DNA from: Octopus sinensis
Taxonomy: Eukaryota
Direction of reading: 5' to 3'
Assembly (NCBI RefSeq): GCF_006345805.1
Contig: NC_043002.1
Coordinates: 83,018,001-83,082,000, forward strand
Length of the DNA stretch: 64,000 bases
Shown: positions 23,961 to 35,844 of the stretch, piece by piece
Position numbering within the stretch: position 1 is the stretch's first letter
How the letters are laid out: the number at the start of each line of letters is the position of its first letter
Made by a program: the position numbers and the translations under genes
The notes under the pieces: model-generated
The model's input: the letters and a program-made list of their open reading frames with translations, nothing else
Database searches by the model: none
What the model was told of the DNA's origin: nothing

Positions 23961-24375
23961 AGATCTTTTCGGTTTGAACAGCAGTTTTTAACATAATTTC
24001 TAGGTAACTAAACACTTTTAAACTTCGTATACTGGTAGAATGTGTTTATAAAACATCTTTTTCTCTTGGCTTTATTGAGAAAATTCTATAGTTTGTAAGA
24101 TATTTGTTGTTTTTTCTTCAATTTCTGCAATTTCAACCAATCAATTACGTCCACTGGGGTAAAAAACATTCTGTGCCGTATGAATATGTCCCTCGTTTAA
24201 GAAACAGATTGGGTTTATTTACATTTGTTAAGAAAAAAAAGATACCCTTCGCCTACCCCTAATCCTAACCCTAAAACAGATTGAAATGCAATAGATCGAT
24301 ACTAGGGTCATAATTATGGGTGACAATTTCATATGACACCGCTAGAAAAAACTGCCGTTCAAACCGAAAAGATCC
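23961..24375. mobile_element. MITE, 415 bp, about 28-bp TIRs, 8-bp TSD
   Basis: TIR gatcttttcggtttgaacagcagttttt / aaaaactgccgttcaaaccgaaaagatc; TSD GTATTTTG at 23953-23960 and 24376-24383. Confidence 0.9.
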
Positions 24376-24409
24376 GTATTTTGGGCTATATTATCATTCC
24401 GCGATATCT

Positions 24410-24641
24410 GTTTCTTTATTACCCACAAGGGACTGAACATAGAGGAGACAAACAAGGACAGACAAACGGATTAAGTCGATTACATCGACCCCAGTGCGTA
24501 ACTGGTACTTAATTTATCGACCCCGGAAGGATGAAAGGCAAAGTCAACCTCGGCGGAATTTGAACTCAAAACGTAACGGCAGACGAAATACGGCTACGCA
24601 TTCCGCCCGGCGTGCTAACGGTTCTGCCAGCTCGCCGCCTT
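24410..24641 (-). mobile_element. Full-length SINE family B with 14-bp TSD
   Basis: TSD attccgcgatatct at 24396-24409 and 24642-24655. Confidence 0.92.
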
Positions 24642-25000
24642 ATTCCGCGATATCTTAGCGCGCGGTTTTATTACAAGGCCTTTTCATTTATTTCTGAATA
24701 AAAAAAAAAATTCTTTTAATGAAATGTATCATTAGTATTTCTCAGTTAAACGGTGTCGGGATCAGACAATGTGTATAAGACGTGTAAAATAATGAAAAAT
24801 TAAAAGAACTAGAACAAAAACCCTCTGTCTATTTTAGTCATAACGTCCTTTTCCCTATTTAGACGAATAATATAAGAATAAAATAAAATAAAAATAAATA
24901 TAAAATCAAATGAATTAAAGTAGGAAACCTTGAGTAAAATTGGGCGAATGAATGAATGAATAAATGAATGAATGTAAGGTGGAAAAACAACCGAATTTAA

Positions 25001-25032
<32 letters not shown>

Positions 25033-25298
25033 CTAGTAATAATAATGGGCGATGCTGCTGACGACGACGACGACGACGATGGTGATGATGATGCTAAATC
25101 GTTGACTGCTGCCCTCACCTTTTATTTAATCATGGTTTGACCCATTTGTGGGTTACCTTAAGTGACAGGTTTGCGTGTACTTTGGTCAATTGCCACAAGG
25201 AAGGGATTTCATTTTCATTGACGCCCTGTATGTCTCTGTTGAACCCTGTGTTTCTTTGTTCACTATTACTAGCTGGTATATATATATATTATATATAT

Positions 25299-25350
<52 letters not shown>

Positions 25351-25634
25351 TGTAATATATTAAGTGCGTTTGAAACTTTGTAGATTGTTGTTTAGCACAG
25401 ACATAAACAATGCGTTGAGATGCAAGTTATCTGCATCAGAATTTAGTTACAAATTCTGTATGGCTGAACAGAGGGCGTATAACGGTATTATATTTGTCCT
25501 GTTTGGTTTCAGTAGGCTAGAAATAATTGTATAGGCATTGTTTAATGGCTCATACACTGTGTGATTGCAGTTAGTATGCACTGTTACACATTCACTGTAT
25601 GACTAGTTGTACAAATTACATGGCTGCTGTGTAT

Positions 25635-25805
25635 AGCGCAGGCGTAGCTGTGTGGTAAGAAGTTCCGGGTTCAGCCCCACTGCGTGGCACCTTGGAAAAG
25701 TGTCTTCTACTACAGCCGTGGGCCGACCAAAGTCTTGTGAGTGGATTTATTATGAAAACTGAACTGTATGTATGTATGTATGTATGTATGTATGTGTATA
25801 CATAC

Positions 25806-25854
<49 letters not shown>

Positions 25855-26070
25855 CCATGTGTGGGTGTCTTTTTCTCTGTTTGCGTCCCCACCACCGCTT
25901 GTTGGTGTGTTTACGTCCCCGTAACTTAATGGTTCGGCAAGAGAGACCTATGGAATAAGTATCAGGCTTAAAAAGTAGTTCTGGGGTCGATTCATTCGAA
26001 TAAAATTCTTCAAGGCGATGCCCCAGCATGGCCGCAGTCTAATGACTGAAACAAGTAAAGGATAAAGATG
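25635..26070 (+). mobile_element. SINE family A
   Basis: agcgcaggcgtagctgtgtggtaagaag...gcaccttggaaaagtgtctt...gactgaaacaagtaaaggataa. Confidence 0.85.
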
Positions 26071-26330
26071 TACAAGATTTTCGATTATGGTGTTAGTTTG
26101 GAGGAAAGGGTCACGTCTATGCATAAGGCTTCCAGGTTATCTCAGACAGCTCAGATTGATGCTGGTGATGTTTAACTTAAGTAGTTGCAAGTCATCGGAT
26201 GTAGAAAAACATAAACAGGAAGGGAATCTCAGTGGGTTGAGCTTATGGACTGGGTAGAGTGTTTAGTGCAGAACCTGGCCAGGAAGTCACGAAACGGGTG
26301 ATTAGAGAAAGTGAGGCAACTGTATCGAAT

Positions 26331-26363
<33 letters not shown>

Positions 26364-27039
26364 TAGGGTTGCAGCTAAGAAACTCTAAAAGGACAAAGGC
26401 CGTTGTAGCAACTATAGAAGAGGCAAAGGAGGAGACATCGTGTTTGGGAAGATTCGTGTGTATTGGTGAATTCTTATCCGTTAGCCAGATGGCCTTCTCT
26501 TGACTGTAGTCTAGGATGTATTGGACAAAGAATGTGGACAACAAAGTCGAGTACTGTGTAGATCAGGGAACTTCATCTAAGCTCGCTAGGATTGTGCAAC
26601 CAATCAGGAGGACTTCTAGACCAATAAATGAGAATCAGACGAAACTAAATTTAACCAGGACGTTCTTGGATAAAGTTCATTTTAACCAGATTTTCATGCC
26701 GCACATCTCAACAACTCTGGTTTCATTCTACGATATATACCTTATTTCACATCAAAATAATTTGTTTTACTGTGACATTAAAATCAGCAGCTCGAAGAAA
26801 AAGAGAAGGTATCATAATGACGCTAAGACAGTTTGTGTGATTAGCAACAGCAGATTAACACAATCACTACTATTTAATTATTGAGTGTATCGTATGCCAC
26901 GTACGTAATTCACTGTGATTATTTCCGCCCAGTACATTCGCACCGACTTTTCATTCCATCTCTGCCCAGAATTCGATCTTTCCAAAGCAGTGAGCTAGCT
27001 TCCTTTATTTGCATTCATTTGTGACTATAATGCTGAGAC

Positions 27040-27372
27040 CCCCTTTTGGTCATGACTGACCATGAGATTGCACCTAGAAAGTTACCTTCCCAGGCACAAG
27101 TCCGGGCAAGGTTGTTTTATGGAAGACCAGCAGTCACCCATGCATACCAGCCTCCCCTCTCCACACCACCAGTGTTATCCAAGGGAAAAGCAAAGGCCGA
27201 TAGAGCTTGGCTCCAGTGACGTCGCAACTCATTTCTACAGCTGACTGAATTGGAGTAACGTGAAATAAAATGTCTTGCTCAAGAACAAAACACGCAACCC
27301 GGTCCGGGATTCGAACTCACAACCTCACGATCGTAAGCTCGATGCTCTAACCACTGAGCCATGCGCCTTCAC
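27040..27372 (-). mobile_element. SINE family C, tRNA-Arg-like head
   Basis: Minus strand ggcgcatggctcagtggttagagcatcgagcttACGatcgtgaggttgtgagttcgaatccc (A box, B box, ACG at the anticodon position) followed by ttgagcaagaca core and a non-tRNA body. Confidence 0.85.
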
Positions 27373-27850
27373 TGTGACTATATAAATGTACCGTAAAATG
27401 CCGAGCATGCATAATTATGCAAACGTACGTATAAATTCTTCTAGACTGAAATTAATACTACACGTAGAAGATTGCGAAATAGCCGTAACCCTATGAAAGT
27501 CACGTCGTTTCCTATATATATATTAACCTTTCATACTACCTAACTTTATATATTTATATATTCCTCGTGAAATAATTTCAACGCTCGGATTGTCTGAATT
27601 TTCTGTTACATGGGCACTCTACATTAAACTTCTTTGTAATTGATTAATCTCTCTCTCCCTCCCCGTGTGTGTGTATATATGTGTGTGTGTGTGTGCGCAC
27701 GCGCGATCGAGTGTGCGTGGACTGATAGCCGAGTTCTTAAGAACAGCTTTCTGTGATAGCCGCAAAATTCTCTGAATCTCTATGTTACACCACTCATATA
27801 CATACATACATATAGACATAAAGACATAAACACAACACACACACGTACAC

Positions 27851-27881
<31 letters not shown>

Positions 27882-27934
27882 TGTATGTATGTATGTATGT
27901 ATGTATTTATGTATGTATGTGTATGTATGTATGT

Positions 27935-28153
27935 ACTGGCATTCCGTCGGTTGCGACGAGGGTTCCAGTTGATCCGATCAACGGAACAGCCTGCTCGTGA
28001 AATTAACGAGCAAGTGGCTGAGCACTCCACAGGTACGTGCACCCTTAACGTAGTTCTCGGGGAGATTCAACTTGACACAGAGTGTGACAAGGCTGGTTCT
28101 TTGAAATACAGGTACAACAGAAACAGGAAGAAAGAGTGAGAGAAAGTTGTGAG
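27935..28153 (-). mobile_element. SINE family D-related 3' portion with an alternative tail
   Basis: gaagaaagagtgagagaaagttgtg is the reverse complement of cacaactttctctcactctttcttc in the copy at 30250-30560; sequence beyond that point differs. Confidence 0.7.
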
Positions 28154-28399
28154 AGAGTACAGTTTTGTGGAGTTTTAGGTGTTTCTCAGGGAGATTCAGC
28201 GTGGCATTGAATGTAACAAGGCCGACCCTTTGAAATTTTCTCATAGATCCCTGCCATGTAATAGTTCTAAATATTTAGTGATATACAGGTGATCCACCAC
28301 TATATCGTCCATAGTCTCACATTTAACGATTTTGTTGTTTTCAAATTGGCCATTTCTGCTTTTCATTTGATAACTGCTTAACGTTATGCTGAATTTCTC

Positions 28400-28444
<45 letters not shown>

Positions 28445-28472
28445 GCTTTCTCCTCATCTCTCTCCTCTCTCA

Positions 28473-28508
<36 letters not shown>

Positions 28509-28589
28509 GAATGCGTAGATCGGAGATGAGAGAGACTTTCCAGGTCGAGCAAGGACGGGCAAAAAATTCTACGGACATAGCTTTTATCG

Positions 28590-28796
28590 TTTACTTGTTT
28601 CTGTCATTTGATTGCGGCCATACTGGGGCACCGCCTTGAGAGGTTTTAGTTGAACAAATCGACCGCAGGACTTCTTTTTTAAGCCTTGCACTTATTCTGT
28701 GTCTTTTTTGCCGAACCGCTAAGTTACGAGGGACATAAACACACCGGTACCGGTTGTCAAGTGGTGGTGGTGTGGGGACAAACACAGACACACAGT

Positions 28797-28800
<4 letters not shown>
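28590..28800 (-). mobile_element. SINE family A 3' half
   Basis: tttacttgtttctgtcatttgattgcggccatactggggcaccgcc...gccgaaccgctaagttacg. Confidence 0.8.
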
Positions 28801-28836
<36 letters not shown>

Positions 28837-30103
28837 ATACTCACATCTGTGGAATGGTGGGTTGCTTCTTTTTTCCTGTTGGTGGTAAGAGGTCACTACC
28901 TGAATTTACCAATCATTAGTTCCCGTGTACTCGCATGTAGTTTTTTTAAATGGTTTATTTAAATTAAACATCTTAAAGTTGTATTTGGTTCGTCAGAACT
29001 CCAAGAGGTCATCTATCGGGGTTTCGAGACATCGCACCTTCTTTTTAACGCCTTCCGTTATTATGCACTCAGAACTGATCCCAGATCAGAAGTGTCGGTT
29101 TCCTTAAGAATCTTCTAGAACATCTTGTTCATAATTTCTACATCAATAAATTCTTTTTCTTTCTTGACCTTGTATTGTTCTTTTAAATATTAAAAAAAAG
29201 ACAGTTTTGTGCCGTATCAGTAAAACAGACCAGAAGTACTGAACTGTGTCCTTTTATGACAAATGGCTTTTACTGCGACTGTTTTAGCTCCTTTGATAAA
29301 AGCTGCCTCAAAACAAATTTCTTTTCGTTCATTAATTACAAATTTCTAAAATTCTTATGTCTTTCAGGTAACTAGTATTTCCGCACTACTAATGTTTATG
29401 TACATATCCATAAATCCTACCTTTTCACGAACCTATAACACGAACTTTCTCTTCCAGGAAAATCCTGAATCCCCTGTTTCCTTTCTAATCTCCTAGCCTC
29501 ATTAATTATTATTTCTGAAGAACCGCACATCCGTGTATTCCTTTCATCTATTACTCAGTTTATTTTTCTGCATCTATTTAAGACCAGGCTAGTGTGCGTT
29601 TGGACAAAGAAGGTTACATATTTTTGTTTAGTTTTTTTTTTGTAACTGTTGTTTTTGCTTCCTCCTTTCTCTTATCTTTTTTGCTAGAGGTGCGGCCTTT
29701 CAAAATTTCGCTGCTGACTTGTTGTCCAAACCATTTATCACTTTCAGTTTGTGGGCAATGGTACGTGACTTTAAACGATCTCAGTTTTTATCACTTTCAG
29801 TTTGTAGGCAATGGTATAAGGTTTTAAACTATTTATCTCTCAAGCAATAATTTCAAGAGTAAAATCTTCCATTGTCTTCAATGTGTATTTGTATTTCTAT
29901 TGTTGCTGGTATTGATGTTATTGTTGAATATACCTTGAAAAACAACACAGATAAATGAAGACAAGATGTACTCTAGGGCTCACACTGAAGATTAAAGAAG
30001 GCTTGACGTTTCTGACTAATACATATTCACCTAACGACATGCATACAGTACATATACATATGTGCAAAGTACATATGTATGTATATGTGTGAGTGTGTGT
30101 GTG

Positions 30104-30163
<60 letters not shown>

Positions 30164-30214
30164 TAATAATATATATATTATATATATATATATATATAAA
30201 TGTATGTATTGTGT

Positions 30215-30249
<35 letters not shown>

Positions 30250-30251
<2 letters not shown>

Positions 30252-30560
30252 AGGCGCAATGGCCCAGTGGTTAGGGCAGCGGACTCGCGGTCGAGTCGCG
30301 GTTTCGATTCCCAGACCGGGTGTTGTGAGTGTTTATTGAGCGAAAACACCTAAAGCTCCACGAGGCTCCGGCAGGGGGTGGTGGCGATCCCTGCTGTACT
30401 CTTTCGCCACAACTTTCTCTCACTCTTTCTTCTGTCGGCCTGCTCGCTTAACCAGCGGGGTGGCATCATTTGAAGGCTAAAACAATGCGAAGCGCATTGT
30501 GACCAGCGATGTGTAGCAACATCTGATAGCCTGGTCGGTCACGGTGATCACGGTGATATA
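30250..30560 (+). mobile_element. SINE family D, tRNA-Arg-like head, near full length
   Basis: ggaggcgcaatggcccagtggttagggcagcggacTCGcggtcg...gtttcgattccc head; tail tgtgaccagcgat...gcctggtcggtcacggtgatcacggtgata; inserted between (TG)n and (TA)n. Confidence 0.85.
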
Positions 30561-30625
30561 TATATATATATATATATGCATGCATGTATGTAATGTATGT
30601 ATGTATTTGTGTATGTGTGTGTGTG

Positions 30626-31250
30626 TATTACTTGTATCGACCAGACCGTTAGCTGTTGTTATCGCTGGTCACAACACATTTTCACTTCTTTCTCAGTTGC
30701 ATTATTCTTTTCTATCTTGGTCCAAATCACTTTACTAAATCATCTTCCCATCGTCGTAGAGGCTTTTTCGAGCGGTATTTCCCGAACTCTTGGATATAAC
30801 TTGGAAAATTCACGAGTCCATCTGTTGTCTGTGAACATTGTGTCCTGTGGCGCCCAGCAGAGCTTGTACTTTCGATATTCTGTGATCACGTTGTTCATTC
30901 TACCCTCATTCTCGAATCGCCTCATTTCAGAAATGATCCTGCAATAATATATCGAGGATAGATCTTTCCATGGTTCTTGAGTCATAGCCAATCGATGTTC
31001 TTCCCTCTTCGCAGCAGCCCAGAGCTACTGATTCTTACGTCTGAGGATTTAATTTTTTCTTGACTGAGGGATTGATGACGTTGATGACTGGGAAGGACAA
31101 TCCTCGCGCGCAATAACAGGAAAATAAGATGGTCGGGCACACCTAGTTCCGTTAATCGAAGTAGTTTAAAACGTATATCAGCTATCCTGGAATGTCTGAC
31201 TCGTGCCAATCAACTGGAGGACTGAGAGGGTTTATTAATGCTGCGAAAGG
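30626..31250 (-). mobile_element. RTE-clade LINE 3' fragment, degenerate
   Basis: Translation KREEHRLAMTQ ... KLCWAPQDTMFTDNRWTREFSKLYPRVREIPL resembles the RTE C-terminal motif KW.WAGH..R..DNRWT.....W.PR..KRP. Confidence 0.75.
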
Positions 31251-31521
31251 TAGATGAGGTCGTGGCAAGGAGGTGGGGAATGTGAGAGGAGGATACAGAG
31301 TAAGGCAAGGTGCAGATGAAGAAGTTCAACTGACGTCGATGGTTTGGGAGTTTGTACTAACGATAAAAGGTATTTTGAATTGCGCTATGTATGTACATGC
31401 ATTCAAGATAATTACCCCCCCCCCCACACACACACATGTATATATACATTCATCTTATATATATATATAGTTGAAATTTACAGAAATGCAAAAGACCAAG
31501 ATATTAAAAGTCAGGGTACGA

Positions 31522-31594
<73 letters not shown>

Positions 31595-31719
31595 CTCATT
31601 CAAACACGCACACGCACGCACACACACATGTACATATACAACAGGCTTCTTTCAGTTGTGATATATGTATACATATGTCTATATATATATATACATATGT
31701 TTATATATATTCCGTGTGT

Positions 31720-31900
31720 GATCAAGAACACACATAGAAATGTAAAGTGCTGCTGAAGAGGTCACAGATGTGTGACGAAAGGTTTCGGGCAGTAGACGGC
31801 TTTATAATAATAAAATAAGAACAGTTATAAACGAGTGGAAAAGGAAAAAGGAAAAATACAATAAAGTGCGTGTGTTTATTGTAAAAAACAAAAAAAAAAC
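31720..31900 (+). ncRNA. Candidate minimal type-I hammerhead ribozyme in a Penelope-LTR-like relic
   Basis: CTGAAGA (31753-31759), extra G, perfect 6-bp hairpin GTCACA-gatg-TGTGAC, GAAA, GGTT, TC; stem I TGCT/GGCA with a G.G closing mismatch; AATAAA signals downstream. Confidence 0.5.
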
Positions 31901-31968
31901 AAATAAAATGATCATCCCGAAATACAACAATATATATATATATATATATATAGATATATATATTGTTG

Positions 31969-32017
<49 letters not shown>

Positions 32018-32175
32018 TAATATATATATATATATATAAAATATATAATATATATATATTATATAATAAATATATCATATATATATATATATATTACATA
32101 CACTATATATAATTAATATATACATAAATATATATATATATTATATATATAAATATATATATATATACATAATAG

Positions 32176-32263
<88 letters not shown>

Positions 32264-32563
32264 CTACATATATATGTATACACACACATATATATATGTA
32301 TACTACATACATATATATTCTTCACCAAGTGCCACATATTAGAGAAGGCTCTTAGTAATAACAGTGTAGCAAAACGGCGGTGCATCAGCATGGCCGTAGC
32401 TCTGAGCTGAAACTAAAAAAAAAAATACACACACACATATATACATATATGTATGTATATACTTGCATGTTTAAATACACGTGTGTGCGTGGGTGTGTGC
32501 ATGTGAAGTTGAATGATTTTCGAGAAACTTGACTACTTTTATGTTGGATACAAACGCATGAAA

Positions 32564-32798
<235 letters not shown>

Positions 32799-32840
32799 TT
32801 ATCTGTCTGTCTGTCTGTCTGTCTGTCTCTGTCTGTCTGT

Positions 32841-32874
<34 letters not shown>

Positions 32875-32882
32875 CTATCTAA

Positions 32883-32945
<63 letters not shown>

Positions 32946-32947
<2 letters not shown>

Positions 32948-33892
32948 GACTCCATAAATAAAATACCCACCCATACACATCTATCGGAAGACCACAAATT
33001 GTATGTAGTGGTCGAGGGCAGACGACCACGCTGCTATATATGCGGCAGTGAAACACACCTTAAAAAGGAAACCAAATCTGCCGCGAAACCACAGCAACAA
33101 CAACAACAACAAACAACAGCCACAGGAAAAACCAAAAAAGCCAGCATTGTCACCCACACCACAGTATGCACGACTGGTCAAACAGCTATACACGGAAATG
33201 CAAGAAAAGCAACAACGAATGAACCAACCCAACCAAACAACAACACCACCACCAACAACAACTAAAGATAAACCAACTCCAACACCAAGAACACCTACCA
33301 AGAAGACAAGCATCGATGATGAAGAAGAGGCAATTACTACACCCAATCCCCCAACAACACACACACCACAACAATAACTACAATCACACAAACAGATCCA
33401 AATGCTTTGCCCTTACCCCATTTCTGATTCGTCAGACATTTCGTTTAACGATGAAAGCTCAACAGAATGGCAAATAGCCACAGTGGGTAAAAGAAAAAGT
33501 ATTAAAATAAATAACTAACAAGCAAGTGCAACCAAGGTAGGGAGATATGTAAACCCTGAAAGCCCCTCACACAACCAAACCAGCACCAACACCACAAAAC
33601 ACACACAATGCTATCAGCGATTGACGCAAAAAATATAAAACTAATGGATTACATCACAGCCCACACAAACATTTGTGAAGATGATTTCAAAACTAACAAC
33701 CATCCACGCACTACACCACCGAAACACATCAAGATACTACACATCACACAAACACAGCCCCACACACTCAAAGCCCTCTTTCCAAATGCGGTTGGGGAGT
33801 TCCAAAAATACCTATCCCAAAAACTTTATAAAAACCTCATCCCAGACACATCAAAGGACGAGGAAGCTAAAGCTTTCGAAACGAATAAGTAA
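32946..33892 (+). pseudogene. Tx1 ORF1 3' part with zinc knuckle (copy alpha)
   Basis: [23 protein letters not shown] (the intact CX2CX4HX4C, CYICGSEAHLKKDC, is in copy delta at 37478-37759); Q/T/P-rich linker; ends DTSKDEEAKAFETNK*. Confidence 0.85.
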
Positions 33893-33971
33893 CTCTCTGT
33901 CCCTTTCTTTTTGTGTTTTTAACGCACACGAGAAACTTGACTACTTTTATGATGAATATAAATGCATGAAA

Positions 33972-34070
<99 letters not shown>

Positions 34071-35747
34071 GTGGGCTTGCGACTAGGCACCTGGAGAAGC
34101 AAGCCCATGCCGTCCACCAGCGCCTCCGTCGTGGGACGCTGGACCGACGGCCCGGTTGAGTTGCTCGGGGTCTGGTTCGGTCCGGACCTCCAAGTGGAGA
34201 AGAACTGGAACGAGATAACGAGTAGGGTGGTCACTCTCGCCGGCAATGGGCCGAGAGGAAACTGTCCCTAAAGGTCGAGCGGAGGTGGCGAACACGTACA
34301 TCGCGTCCGTCATCTACTACCGCCTGACCGTCGTACCTTGTCCCGACCCTACCATCACCAAGCTACAACGCATCCTCTTTCGCTTCTTGGGAAAGGATGC
34401 GTCCCGATGGTCAGGCGATCCATTTGCTGTCAACACCCGTTAAAAGGAGGGCTGGGCATGCCGTGGTTGATGATGCGCAGACACGCGCTGAGACTGCGAC
34501 ATCTCTGGCTCTATGTAGACGACGGTGAACAGGTGTGGTCGCCGTTTTGAGGCACGCTTTCCGCAGCTCGTCTCCATGACCGAACTGCAGTCGTGGATCA
34601 AAAAGAGGCCGAGGAGGGCGTATGGCACCGCGAGTGTCGCGTTGCTCTCAAGCAACTCTGCCGTCCTGGGTCGACCTTAGTGACTTCAACACAACAAAGC
34701 ATTCTATAGGGGTTTAGTGGAGGGGAGGTACGACGACGAGCTCGGGGCGAACCTGGACGTCGACGAGGAGTACCTGACCCGCCTGTTCGGGACGACTTTC
34801 GGGCCAGGGCCATGGACAACTTCCAGAGATCCCTGGCCTGGCAGTGCTACCGAGAAGCGCTACCCGTTCGGGATAAGCTCTACAGACACGGCTCGAGAAA
34901 CACGGGGCCGACCTGCCCGAGATGCGGTCAGAGCGACGAAACCGTTCTGCACGCACTCGTTCAGTGTCCAACAATTTCCGACCTGTGGGCTTATGTCGAA
35001 CAACTGCTGTCACGTGTGGGACGAGTCGGTTTATCAGCTGAGTCTATCGTCAATATTGTCACGCCTCCTTCCTTCAACGGGAAGGAAGAGCTATTTTCAT
35101 CATCCTTGTGGCTATGGCGAAAGAATGTATCTGGTGGACGCGTCTGAAAGGATGGAGACAAACACTTTCCTCTCTGGTCAATCTCTCATCAACTTCTTCA
35201 AGTACCACTTGAAAAGGAAAGTGAGAGTAGAGAGGCAAGTTTTGTCTAGCGAATGTTTTAAAAAAAGATGGGTGAATGTAGCAAGAATGGCACGTATGAA
35301 TGACGAAGCCACCTTGAGCATAGTCCTATGAACCCAGAAATCGAAAACAGAGAGTTGCTTATTTGCAAAAAAAAAAAAAAAAAAAAAAAAAAAGAAATAT
35401 AAAATGTGACTTCATTGACCGAGGTTACCGTGGTCTTTTCCGTAGGCTTTTCTTTCCACGGGTAAACCTCACCTGTCCTCCCCTTTACCACTTCATATTG
35501 ACATTTCTGTGATAACGATCCCTATTGATCAATTTTTTTTCCTCTCCCCTTTTTTTTTTATTTAAAAAAAATTTTTTTTAACCCCCCCTTTTTTTGTCCT
35601 CTTTCTCTCCTTTTACGATCCCTTTTGATCGAAACTCCCCTTCCTTTTTTTTTTTTTTTTTTTTTAAACCTTCAAAAGAAAAGCTCTACCTTGTAATTTG
35701 TTCTATCTGTGTGCAGCCCGTTGCTAATAAATAAGAGAAAGAAAATA
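34071..35747 (+). mobile_element. Tx1 ORF2 3' part plus 3' UTR (copy beta)
   Basis: LGTWRSKPMP...VELLGVWFGPDL, GGLGMPWL, CPRCGQSDETVLHALVQC; 3' end AATAAA (35726) then gaaaata|(tcta)n. Confidence 0.9.
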
Positions 35748-35788
35748 TCTATCTATATCTATCTATATCTCTATCTATCTATCTTCGA

Positions 35789-35831
<43 letters not shown>

Positions 35832-35844
35832 AATATATCTATCT

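Noticed and set aside
27300-27372. tRNA-Arg gene (also 30250-30320)
   Set aside because: A and B boxes and an anticodon-like loop are present, but the acceptor stem is not closed and the sequence continues into a SINE body.
28900-29800. Very old minus-strand LINE ORF2 remnant
   Set aside because: Only one weak motif (ETPIDDLLEF, cf. KSPG.DGLP.EFY); too degenerate to support as a feature.
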